This document shows, piece after piece, positions 55,358-64,000 of a stretch of 64,000 nucleotides of DNA. The position numbers and the translations under genes were made by a program. The stretch is from the NCBI RefSeq assembly GCF_058153355.1, contig NZ_CM177019.1; one strand, 5' to 3'. Numbering within the stretch: position 1 is the stretch's first letter; each line of letters starts with the position of its first letter. The notes below the pieces were generated by a model. That model searched no databases and was not told the DNA's origin. It saw only the letters and a program-made list of their open reading frames with translations.

Positions 55358-56703
55358 CAATAAAAGATGTTATAGACAATGAACTCTGTACTGGTTGTGG
55401 AGTTTGTATTTCGGAAGATAGTAGCAAAACCTCCTTTATGAAATGGAATTCTGAAGGTTTTTATGAGCCATGTTTCTCTCCTGTATCAACATTATTCAAT
55501 ATGCAGCGTGTTTGTCCCTTTAACTTAAGTAGGGATACATTAGTGAATGAGGATGAACTTGCGCATGAGTTTTTTGATGGTAAGGGATATTTAGATTCTG
55601 AGGTTGGGTTTTATAAAAAAATATATGTGGGTTATTCTAAACATTTTAGAGAGACTTCATCCTCCGGTGGTATAGCTACATATGTATTTGAACAACTTCT
55701 TAGACGTAAGTATGTTGATGCTCTATTTATAGTTAGGGAGCTTGGTGGTTCATATGGATATCAAGTCTTCGATAATCCAGAACATATTAAGGATATGTCT
55801 AAAACAAGATATTATCCTGTAACGCTAGAAAAGTTATTTGATAATATTTATAAGCTTAATGGTAGAGTGGCCGTTTCAGGAGTGGCATGTTTTATTAAAG
55901 CCATTAGGCTCAAACAACATTACCATCCAGAACTGAAAGAGAAAATACCATTCCTTGTTGGTATAATTTGTGGAGGACTCAAAAGTCGATATTACACTGA
56001 TTATTTATCACAGTCTGCTGGTTGTGTCAGTGAGTACCAAAATGCTGAGTATCGAGTGAAAAAGAAAGATAGTCATGCTCTTGACTATCGTTTCACATGT
56101 GTTGAGAAATCAAATAATATAATTCATTCTGTTGATATGCAAAGAATGGGGGATATGTGGGGTTCAGGGCTATTTAAGGCAAACGCATGTGACTATTGTG
56201 ATGATGTTACAACCGAACTCGCAGACATATCATTGGGTGATGCCTGGATTTCGCCATACAATATGGATGGAGCTGGTAATAATGTAGTTGTATGTCGCTC
56301 CACCACAGCTCATGAAATTATTTTATCTGGGATTGAGAAAAAAGACTTAGAATTAACGGAACTCGAATTAGAGCAGTTGAAATTGTCACAACAAGGAAGT
56401 TTTAACCACAGGCATAAAGGATTATTATATAGAATAAAAAATGCAGAGAAAAATAATCGCTTAGTGCCTGTTAAGAGGAAAAGATTCTTACGCTCTATAT
56501 CTTTTTTATTAAAGTTAATTCAAAAACAACGATCAGTTACAAGGAGAAAAAGCATAGAGATATGGATGGAAACTCAAAATTCAGCAACTTTCGATAAGAA
56601 AATGAAGGGATATTTATTCACGTTGCGTTGGTTAACAGTGGTCAATAGGAAATTAAGTCGGATGTTCAAGATTGTTTCTCTAAATAGAATGGGTAAAAAA
56701 TGA
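55321..56703 (+). CDS. Fe-S protein resembling coenzyme F420 hydrogenase/dehydrogenase beta subunit (FrhB-like); probable partner of the adjacent pyruvyl transferase
   Basis: 460-aa ORF with ferredoxin-like CTGCGVC motif near the N-terminus and further Cys residues (CDYCDD); overlaps the wzx end by 37 bp, so the true start may lie downstream. Confidence 0.5.
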   Translation: MVIRNPEKKSEITIKDVIDNELCTGCGVCISEDSSKTSFMKWNSEGFYEPCFSPVSTLFNMQRVCPFNLSRDTLVNEDELAHEFFDGKGYLDSEVGFYKKIYVGYSKHFRETSSSGGIATYVFEQLLRRKYVDALFIVRELGGSYGYQVFDNPEHIKDMSKTRYYPVTLEKLFDNIYKLNGRVAVSGVACFIKAIRLKQHYHPELKEKIPFLVGIICGGLKSRYYTDYLSQSAGCVSEYQNAEYRVKKKDSHALDYRFTCVEKSNNIIHSVDMQRMGDMWGSGLFKANACDYCDDVTTELADISLGDAWISPYNMDGAGNNVVVCRSTTAHEIILSGIEKKDLELTELELEQLKLSQQGSFNHRHKGLLYRIKNAEKNNRLVPVKRKRFLRSISFLLKLIQKQRSVTRRKSIEIWMETQNSATFDKKMKGYLFTLRWLTVVNRKLSRMFKIVSLNRMGKK

Positions 56704-57836
56704 AAGTTGCAATATTAACTCAACCATTACATACGAATTATGGTGGCACATTACAAGCCTATGCATTACAAAAAGTCTTGATTAATTTGGGACATGAACC
56801 AGAGACTATTAATTATAGGTCGAAAATTAAGAGGCCACTATTTATCCGTGTTGTGTTGTCAAAAATTAAAAGGATAGTATTATGCCGAAAAATCACATTT
56901 GATTTTACAACACAAGATAGAATTAATATTAGGAAGCATCATCAATCTTTCATTGATACAAGATTAAACTATTCAGAGGAGATTAACGGTACTGAGGGGT
57001 TGAGAGATTATATTTTAAAAAATAATTACGGTGCTGTAATAATAGGTAGTGATCAGACATGGAGACCAATATATTCGCCTAGAATAGATTCATTTTTTCT
57101 CGATTTTTTAAGTGATGTAAACGATATAAAAAAAATGGCATATGCAGCATCTTTTGGTACTGATAAATGGGAGTTCACGGAGTCACAAACTAATTTATTT
57201 AAATTGTTACTTTCAAAATTTGACTATGTTTCAGTTAGAGAGTCCTCAGGAGTCAAATTATGTAGTGAAAAATTTGGTTTGAAAGCAGAGTTGGTTTTAG
57301 ATCCGACATTGCTATTGACATTCGAAGATTATACTCATTTATTAGACAATGACTATATTAATCTTCATAAGGGAAAGGTGTTTAGTTATGTACTTGATGA
57401 GAATTACGACAAAAAAAACTTTATAGACACAGTAGCAAGTACTCTCCGCACAACGTCATTTTATACTTACCCTAAAAAAATCACTAAAGATGAATATGTG
57501 ATTAGAAATTATTCCGAGTATGAATATCCGCCAATAGAATATTGGATTTCTTCGTTTAAGGCCGCTGAATTTATTGTAACAGATTCATTTCATGGAACAG
57601 TATTTTCTATTATTTTTAACAAACCCTTCATCGCCATTGCAAATGAAGAGAGAGGAAAGGCTAGATTTACGTCACTATTGGAAATGTTTGGTCTTGAAAG
57701 ACGACTTGTGAGTAATTTAGATGATGTTGATTTAAAGCTTGTAAATGAAAAAATTAACTATGGCCCCATAAATGAAAAAATTGCTTATTTTAGAGAAGAG
57801 TGCCTTAAAAAGTTGCAGTTAATGCTAATAAAATAA
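56700..57836 (+). CDS. Polysaccharide pyruvyl transferase (WcaK/CsaB family)
   Basis: 378-aa ORF; N-terminus MKVAILTQPLHTNYGGTLQAYAL parallels the WcaK N-terminus MKLLILGNHTCGNRGDSAIL in this same window; 4-bp overlap with the upstream gene. Confidence 0.55.
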   Translation: MKVAILTQPLHTNYGGTLQAYALQKVLINLGHEPETINYRSKIKRPLFIRVVLSKIKRIVLCRKITFDFTTQDRINIRKHHQSFIDTRLNYSEEINGTEGLRDYILKNNYGAVIIGSDQTWRPIYSPRIDSFFLDFLSDVNDIKKMAYAASFGTDKWEFTESQTNLFKLLLSKFDYVSVRESSGVKLCSEKFGLKAELVLDPTLLLTFEDYTHLLDNDYINLHKGKVFSYVLDENYDKKNFIDTVASTLRTTSFYTYPKKITKDEYVIRNYSEYEYPPIEYWISSFKAAEFIVTDSFHGTVFSIIFNKPFIAIANEERGKARFTSLLEMFGLERRLVSNLDDVDLKLVNEKINYGPINEKIAYFREECLKKLQLMLIK

Positions 57837-57882
57837 TCAGATTATGTATGTCTCTCTACAATTAAAATATGAATGTTGATCG

Positions 57883-58887
57883 ATGAAGAATTGTAAAGTA
57901 TCTGTAATTATTCCGGTCTATAATGCGGAAAAATATATACAACGTTGTATTTTAAGCTTATTAAAGCAGACATTAGATGATGTTGAAATTATCATCATTG
58001 ATGATGGTTCTACTGATAATTCACTTTCTATAATAAAAGAAACTGTTGCATTGCATACTGCTAGTAGAGCTCGCCAAAAGAGAATCAATATAATCTCTCG
58101 AGAAAACAAAGGAGTTGCCTATACACGAAGTCAGGGATTGAGACTTTCGCAGGGGGAATTTATCATTCATTTTGATAGTGATGATTGGGCAAAATCCAAT
58201 ATGCTGGAGGAAATGTATAAGACAATTGTTTCCAATAATGCAGACATGGTTATATGCGATTATTTTTTAGTGAAGAATAATAAAGAAATACTTATAAAAC
58301 AGAGAGTGGAGTATGAGCCAAAGAAATGTATTAGATATCTACTGACTGGTGAGCTAGAAGGATTTACATGGAACAAACTAATTAGAAAAAAATATATCGA
58401 TAAAAATAAAATTGATTTTGTTAATAAAATTACTTATATGGAGGATTTTTTGTTCATATTAAGTGTGTTACTACACAATCCTAAAATTATTTTTCAGGAT
58501 TGTGCATATTATTATTATCAAAAAAGCAATCCTAAATCTCTAACTAGCCATGCTAGTGTGGATAGGCTTTCTGAAATGATTAAAGCCGTAAGTGAAATAG
58601 AAAAGAAGATAAATAAATATAATTTACAAAAGTATCTGAATAACGAGTTTCAATTGTTTAAGTTAAAACAAAAAATTTGGTTTATATCTATAAGTAAGTT
58701 AAATGTTAATGATAATGTATGGAATCTCTTTCCTGAAACAAATCCATTTATATCAAAGGTAAATGTGCTTTTTTATTATAAAATAGTGCTTTTTCTTGAT
58801 AGTATTAAACTGCGTTTTTTTTCAAATAAGATCATTTATCTCATTGGATTGGTGCAGGCTTTATTACAAGAAAGGAAAGAGAAGTGA
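57883..58887 (+). CDS. Glycosyltransferase family 2
   Basis: 334-aa ORF; VSVIIPVYNAEKYI, IIIIDDGSTDNS, later DSDD (DXD). Confidence 0.72.
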   Translation: MKNCKVSVIIPVYNAEKYIQRCILSLLKQTLDDVEIIIIDDGSTDNSLSIIKETVALHTASRARQKRINIISRENKGVAYTRSQGLRLSQGEFIIHFDSDDWAKSNMLEEMYKTIVSNNADMVICDYFLVKNNKEILIKQRVEYEPKKCIRYLLTGELEGFTWNKLIRKKYIDKNKIDFVNKITYMEDFLFILSVLLHNPKIIFQDCAYYYYQKSNPKSLTSHASVDRLSEMIKAVSEIEKKINKYNLQKYLNNEFQLFKLKQKIWFISISKLNVNDNVWNLFPETNPFISKVNVLFYYKIVLFLDSIKLRFFSNKIIYLIGLVQALLQERKEK

Positions 58888-59672
58888 TACCAAAAATAAT
58901 TCATTACTGCTGGTTCGGTCGCTCTCCATTGTCGGAATTAACAAAGCAGTGCATTGCAAGCTGGGAGAAATATTGTCCTGAATATAAAATCATAAGATGG
59001 GATGAAAATAATGTCGATTTGAATTCTTGTTCTTTTGTTAGACAAGCTTATAAAGAAAAAAAATGGGCGTTCGTTTCTGATTATGTAAGGCTTAAAGTGG
59101 TTAATGAATATGGCGGTATCTATCTTGATACAGATGTTGAATTAATAAAGCCATTAGATGATTTGTTAATATATCCTGCATATATAGGCTTTGAAATTAA
59201 CAAGGAATGGTATGTAAATTCTGGTTTGGGGTTCGGTTCTGTTAATAATAATCCGGTTTTAGAATCATTAATTATGGAGTATGAAAATATTAATTTTGTA
59301 AATGAGGATGGGACTCTAAATATAACGCCGTGCCCCATAAGAGAAACAAAAGCATTAACAAAAATAGGTTTAATTCCTGATGGTCAATGTCAATCTTTTG
59401 ATAATATAGTGATTTTTTCTGCAGATTATTTTTGTCCTGTATCTATAACAGGTGAGAGAAATTTTTCTGATAAAACATATTCAATACATCATTACGATGC
59501 TAGTTGGTTTTCTGAGCAAAAGAGAAAAGGCCTGCAACGTAAAAAGAGATTTATAAAACTATTCGGCAACCTAATAGGCACATATATTAATAAACCTTTT
59601 ATTTTTGTAGATGAATGTCGCGAGTTCGGATTAGTTAAAGCAATCAAGAATATGCGTTCCAATTTTCCTTAA
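58884..59672 (+). CDS. Glycosyltransferase with DXD sugar-binding region (Gly_transf_sug / Och1-like family)
   Basis: 262-aa ORF; N-terminus IPKIIHYCWFGRSPL, then YLDTDVELIKPLDD; characteristic of this small retaining glycosyltransferase family. Confidence 0.65.
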   Translation: MIPKIIHYCWFGRSPLSELTKQCIASWEKYCPEYKIIRWDENNVDLNSCSFVRQAYKEKKWAFVSDYVRLKVVNEYGGIYLDTDVELIKPLDDLLIYPAYIGFEINKEWYVNSGLGFGSVNNNPVLESLIMEYENINFVNEDGTLNITPCPIRETKALTKIGLIPDGQCQSFDNIVIFSADYFCPVSITGERNFSDKTYSIHHYDASWFSEQKRKGLQRKKRFIKLFGNLIGTYINKPFIFVDECREFGLVKAIKNMRSNFP

Positions 59673-59745
59673 TTTTTAGTGTTAAGGAATAAGTTTCGTT
59701 AAAATACTTTATTCATTTAATTAATAAAGGTTTAATGGTGATTAG

Positions 59746-60849
59746 ATGTACTTTCTTTTGTTCTTCTCAATATTTTATTTTGTATACGTAATCTTAATAG
59801 GAACATTATGTCATAACTATAAAGCCCTTTTGATTTTTTCACTAATCCCTCTGACAATAGTGTCAGGTATAAGATATAATGTCGGCTTTGATTTTATGTC
59901 ATATGTTGATTACTTCAATCAACTCAAATATTCAAATGATATATATCTAGATTCTACCTTTAAGTATATAAGCTACTTTACCTATTATATAGGAGGTAAC
60001 GAACAGATTTTGTTTCTGATATATGCGGTTTTTTATTCGGTTGCACTTTATTTTTTAATAAAACTGGTATTGGAAAATTATATAACGGAAATAAATAATT
60101 TTTATACTATTGGACTTGTGTTATCATTTTATTCGTTTTATTTTTTATTATCATTTAATCAAATTAGGGCTGTATTATCAGCTCTAATACTATGTTATGG
60201 GCTATTAAAAAATAAAATAGATTTTTCTTTTATAATAACAATTACATTAAGTATTCTTTTTCACTCTGCAGCAATGTTCATTTTACCTCTTTATTTTGTC
60301 CTAAGAAAAATAAATGTAACAGTTCTGTTGGTGATATTCCCTTTTTTGGTTGTTGCTTCATTCTTTAATATTTTTTCAGATATTGTGAGATTCATTCTGA
60401 CATTGCTAAATAGTCGTTTTTTAACATATTTTAACTCTGAATATTTTGTTCCAAGGACGGGAATGGAAAAAATGTATAGTATGATCTCAATGATTATTGT
60501 TTTGGGAATGGTTGTTTGTTTGTCTAAATTATTACCTAAAAAGTTTGATTTAATGATAAAGTTTGTTATTCTTTTTGTTCTACTTAGAGCGATGTCAATT
60601 GATATATTGATTTTTGCTAGGTTTAGTGATTTTCTTAAACCAATGGCTATAATTCTTATATTTACCGCTGTTTATTTTTCTTCGAATAAAGTGCGACCTA
60701 GAATTATCCTTCCTTTTTATTTAATTATGACATTGTTTCTCTGTATTTTTAATATAATAATCGGATCGAATATAACTAAGGGGAACTATTATACTTATGG
60801 TTATAACATTTGCTTTTTTGGCAATAAATGTATAGATAAATTTTATTAG
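59746..60849 (+). CDS. wzy: Candidate O-antigen polymerase Wzy (EpsG-like polytopic membrane protein)
   Basis: 367-aa, extremely AT-rich, ~10 predicted TM segments with no soluble domain; placement among the glycosyltransferases is typical of wzy. Assignment is by architecture only. Confidence 0.5.
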   Translation: MYFLLFFSIFYFVYVILIGTLCHNYKALLIFSLIPLTIVSGIRYNVGFDFMSYVDYFNQLKYSNDIYLDSTFKYISYFTYYIGGNEQILFLIYAVFYSVALYFLIKLVLENYITEINNFYTIGLVLSFYSFYFLLSFNQIRAVLSALILCYGLLKNKIDFSFIITITLSILFHSAAMFILPLYFVLRKINVTVLLVIFPFLVVASFFNIFSDIVRFILTLLNSRFLTYFNSEYFVPRTGMEKMYSMISMIIVLGMVVCLSKLLPKKFDLMIKFVILFVLLRAMSIDILIFARFSDFLKPMAIILIFTAVYFSSNKVRPRIILPFYLIMTLFLCIFNIIIGSNITKGNYYTYGYNICFFGNKCIDKFY

Positions 60850-60859
60850 TAATTGTCAT

Positions 60860-61927
60860 TTGATACTTCTGGTATTTATGGAAAAATATATGAATAACTT
60901 TTCTTGTAAAGAACCCCCTTCATTTATTGAAAATAAAATTATATTATCAATTATTCTTCCTGTATATAACGTATCAGAGTATTTAATTGAGTGCCTAAAC
61001 AGTTTGCTGTTAGACGTTCATGAACGTTATCTTAATAGATGTGAAGTAATTGTGGTTGATGATGGTTCAACTGATAATTCATTTGAATTAATGAGAGAGT
61101 ATTCTTTGAAATATCCTGAATCTATTAAGATTTATTCGAAATTCAATGGTGGTCTCTCAGATGCAAGAAACTATGGATTATTAAAATCTTCAGGTAAATA
61201 TATTTCTTTTGTTGATTCAGATGATGTTGTTAATAGAGGTTTTATAAAGGAAATCATCAATTTCATTGATGCCTATGATTTTGATATATTGTCATTTGAC
61301 TTCATGAAGTTTTTTAATAATAATGATGCTCTTATTCTTTCACAAATAGATGAATTCTCCAAAATGGCAGAAAGAGTAGATTCGGAGTTCTACAAGTCCA
61401 AGCCTGTTTTTGCTTGGAATAAAGTTTATCGACGTTCTCTTTTCGACAATGAAGTATTTCCTAAGGGGTGGTATTATGAAGATGTTGCATTAATTCCGTT
61501 ATTATTAGATAGAGCAAAAGTTTTATACCATATTAATAGCGTTTGTTATTTTTATAGACAGAGACAAGGAGCAATCACTTTTTTTTATGACAATAAATAT
61601 CTTGATATTTTAAAAGGAGTGTCTTTTTTATATGACAGGTCACAATCTTCATTCATTAAAACGATAATTATAAATCAGTTTTTTACTTTAACCTTACTAT
61701 CTTTAAGATTGCCGACTGATAATTATTTCATGAATATGAGGGGGATTATTGATACCTATTGTGAAAAATTTGACTTGGATTCCTTTGAGCCTAAACTAAT
61801 ATTAAAACACATTCCTTTTTTATTGCTTAAAAAATTGAAGTCGCTGTGTGTTTATCCACTGTATTTATTTAAACCTGCAGTTTTTTTACATAAACAAATT
61901 AAACATTTTAGAGGAAAACTAAAGTGA
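60860..61927 (+). CDS. Glycosyltransferase family 2 (start codon uncertain)
   Basis: 355-aa ORF; ILSIILPVYNVSEYL, VIVVDDGSTDNS, FVDSDD. The true start may be the internal ATG at MNNFSC. Confidence 0.7.
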   Translation: MILLVFMEKYMNNFSCKEPPSFIENKIILSIILPVYNVSEYLIECLNSLLLDVHERYLNRCEVIVVDDGSTDNSFELMREYSLKYPESIKIYSKFNGGLSDARNYGLLKSSGKYISFVDSDDVVNRGFIKEIINFIDAYDFDILSFDFMKFFNNNDALILSQIDEFSKMAERVDSEFYKSKPVFAWNKVYRRSLFDNEVFPKGWYYEDVALIPLLLDRAKVLYHINSVCYFYRQRQGAITFFYDNKYLDILKGVSFLYDRSQSSFIKTIIINQFFTLTLLSLRLPTDNYFMNMRGIIDTYCEKFDLDSFEPKLILKHIPFLLLKKLKSLCVYPLYLFKPAVFLHKQIKHFRGKLK

Positions 61928-63033
61928 AATATGATTATATAATTATAGGTAGCGGTCTTTTTGGGAGTGTGTTTGCACATGAATTAGGGAAAATGAAAAA
62001 AAAGGTCAAGGTTATTGAGCGTCGTGATCATGTTGGTGGTAATGTATATTGTGAGAATATTGAAGGAATTAATGTTCATAAATATGGCGCACATATATTC
62101 CATACTAACGATAAAGAAATATGGGATTATGTAAATCAATTTGTAGAGTTTAATAGATATACAAATTCACCATTAGCTTTTTCAAAAGGTAAAATTTATA
62201 ATTTACCTTTTAACATGAATACCTTTAATCAACTCTGGGGGGCTATTACTCCTCAACATGCGAAAGAAATTATTAAAAAGCAAAGCGGTGAAATAAGTGG
62301 AAATAAACCAAGGAATCTTGAAGAGCAAGCTATTTCTTTGGTGGGACGAGATATTTATAATTGTTTGATTAAGGAGTACACTGAGAAACAATGGGGACGA
62401 CCTTGCACTGAATTGCCATCATTTATTATAAAACGACTCCCTGTTAGGTTTACATACGATAATAACTATTTTAATGACCAGTATCAAGGAATACCAGTCG
62501 GTGGTTACAATAAATTAATCGATGCATTATTAAATGGTATTGAAGTTCAAACATGCACTGACTATTTTGAAGAGAAGAAATATTGGGATTCTATTGCAAA
62601 GAAAATTATTTATACAGGGCCTATTGATAAGTTTTATTGCTATAAATTTGGAGCTTTGGATTATCGATCATTAAAATTTGAGCATGAATTACTGAATGTC
62701 GATAATTTTCAAGGGAATGCTGTTGTAAATTATATAGACAAAAAATTCCCATTCACTCGTATAATAGAACATAAATTTTTTGAATTTGGTGAACAGCATA
62801 ATACTCTCATTACTCGAGAGTACCCAAAAGAATTCGAAGAAGGCGATGAGTATTACTATCCTGTCAATGATGAAAAAAATATGCAAATCTATAAAATGTA
62901 TTATAATCTTTCTAAACAGGAAAGTAATGTGATTTTTGGTGGACGTCTTGCGGAATATAAATATTATGACATGCATCAAGTTATCAAATCAGCTTTAAAT
63001 GCATTCCGAAAAGAGGTACGTTTAGGTGAATAA
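61924..63033 (+). CDS. glf: UDP-galactopyranose mutase
   Basis: 369-aa ORF; FAD-binding YDYIIIGSGLFGSVFA, then KYGAHIFHTNDK...GGRLAEYKYYDMHQVI; very similar to the E. coli K-12 Glf sequence as I remember it. Confidence 0.85.
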   Translation: MKYDYIIIGSGLFGSVFAHELGKMKKKVKVIERRDHVGGNVYCENIEGINVHKYGAHIFHTNDKEIWDYVNQFVEFNRYTNSPLAFSKGKIYNLPFNMNTFNQLWGAITPQHAKEIIKKQSGEISGNKPRNLEEQAISLVGRDIYNCLIKEYTEKQWGRPCTELPSFIIKRLPVRFTYDNNYFNDQYQGIPVGGYNKLIDALLNGIEVQTCTDYFEEKKYWDSIAKKIIYTGPIDKFYCYKFGALDYRSLKFEHELLNVDNFQGNAVVNYIDKKFPFTRIIEHKFFEFGEQHNTLITREYPKEFEEGDEYYYPVNDEKNMQIYKMYYNLSKQESNVIFGGRLAEYKYYDMHQVIKSALNAFRKEVRLGE

Positions 63034-63940
63034 AGAAGTAATCGCAGTTATTGTAACCTATAATAGAAAAGCATTATTGCTGAAAGTTATAGATGCTGTT
63101 ATTAACCAAAGTTATCCACTAAAAAAAATATTGATAATAGATAATAATAGTACTGATGGTACGGAGATGTTTATTTCAAATAGGCTCTCTGACGTGGTGA
63201 AGTATAAAAATACGGGGGATAATTTAGGGGGGGCTGGCGGGTTTTATAGAGGATTCATAGAGGCGGAAAAATATGGCTATGATTATCTTTGGTTAATGGA
63301 CGATGATTTTATGCCTACAGTGAATTGTCTTGAAATATTAATATCAAATAGCCCTGATGGTATTGTCCAACCTGTTAGATATAACTTGGATGAAACTTGT
63401 GCAGAGCTTTCTCCATTAACTTATGATTTATCTAACCCATTTAAGTTAAACCCTAAAGGTACACCATTAAAAAATTACTTAAATACAATTGGTAATAAAT
63501 CTGCGAAGGTAGATATTGAAGCTATTCCATTTGAAGGTCCATTGATTTCACGAAAGGTTGTTGAAAAAATAGGCTATCCAGAGCCTAAGTTTTTTATTTT
63601 TTGTGATGACATTGAATACGCTATTAAAGCTAAAAGAAAGGGGATTCCCATCCAGTGCAATCTTAAAGCCAAGGCATACCGCCTTTTGGTCAACAATCAA
63701 GGTAATGATCTTCTTTCCTGGAAAGGATATTTTATGCTTCGAAATCTTTTCTACCTGCATAAAACGTATGGGACCAATTTCCTTGTTAGACAAAAACCTA
63801 TCGTATTGGGATTAGGATATGCATTGTCGTGTGTATTGAAATGCAATTTTTCTCAACTTCCCGTTATATGGCGTGCTTTTTGGGATTCATCTACGTTAAG
63901 AAATACCGAAAAATTCAGGCCCGAAATGAGAAGTAAATAA
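63026..63940 (+). CDS. Glycosyltransferase family 2, plausibly a galactofuranosyltransferase
   Basis: 304-aa ORF; VIAVIVTYNRKALL, IIDNNSTDGT, LMDDDF; sits directly after glf. Acceptor and donor specificity are inferred from context only. Confidence 0.62.
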   Translation: MNKEVIAVIVTYNRKALLLKVIDAVINQSYPLKKILIIDNNSTDGTEMFISNRLSDVVKYKNTGDNLGGAGGFYRGFIEAEKYGYDYLWLMDDDFMPTVNCLEILISNSPDGIVQPVRYNLDETCAELSPLTYDLSNPFKLNPKGTPLKNYLNTIGNKSAKVDIEAIPFEGPLISRKVVEKIGYPEPKFFIFCDDIEYAIKAKRKGIPIQCNLKAKAYRLLVNNQGNDLLSWKGYFMLRNLFYLHKTYGTNFLVRQKPIVLGLGYALSCVLKCNFSQLPVIWRAFWDSSTLRNTEKFRPEMRSK

Positions 63941-64000
63941 TTTATTATTATGTTTTTATTAATTAATGTCGATTTTTACTAAAATTCTTAACACGATATT

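Overview
Enterobacterial (Escherichia coli / Shigella-type) chromosomal window, read from sequence and recalled family signatures only; no database search was run. Left to right: (1) the mdtABCD-baeSR efflux / two-component operon on the minus strand, with baeR cut by the window edge; (2) an intergenic array of three tandem ~328-bp repeats, each carrying an 18-codon Ibs-type hydrophobic toxin ORF and a predicted antisense Sib-type RNA; (3) the yegL-yegK-yegI vWA / PP2C phosphatase / Ser-Thr kinase module with yegJ; (4) housekeeping genes yegD, alkA, dgcE (yegE), udk, dcd, asmA, yegH; (5) the complete colanic acid cluster wza-wzb-wzc-wcaABCDEF-gmd-fcl-gmm-wcaI-cpsB-cpsG-wcaJ-wzxC-wcaKLM behind a JUMPstart/ops element; (6) a gne-like epimerase gene and galF; (7) after a second JUMPstart/ops element, an AT-rich O-antigen-type cluster (wzx, FrhB-like Fe-S protein, pyruvyl transferase, four glycosyltransferases, wzy candidate, glf) that runs to the window end. 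REP/BIME palindromes fill several intergenic regions. No IS element, integrase, prophage gene, tRNA, rRNA or CRISPR array was recognised. The most interesting items are the tripled ibs/sib type I toxin-antitoxin array, the TerY-P-like kinase/phosphatase/vWA triad (YegI shows a kinase-TM-HhH architecture), and the serogroup-unassigned, probably pyruvylated and galactofuranose-containing O-antigen cluster. I cannot show that any of these is truly undescribed; the first two have counterparts in E. coli K-12 as I recall it.
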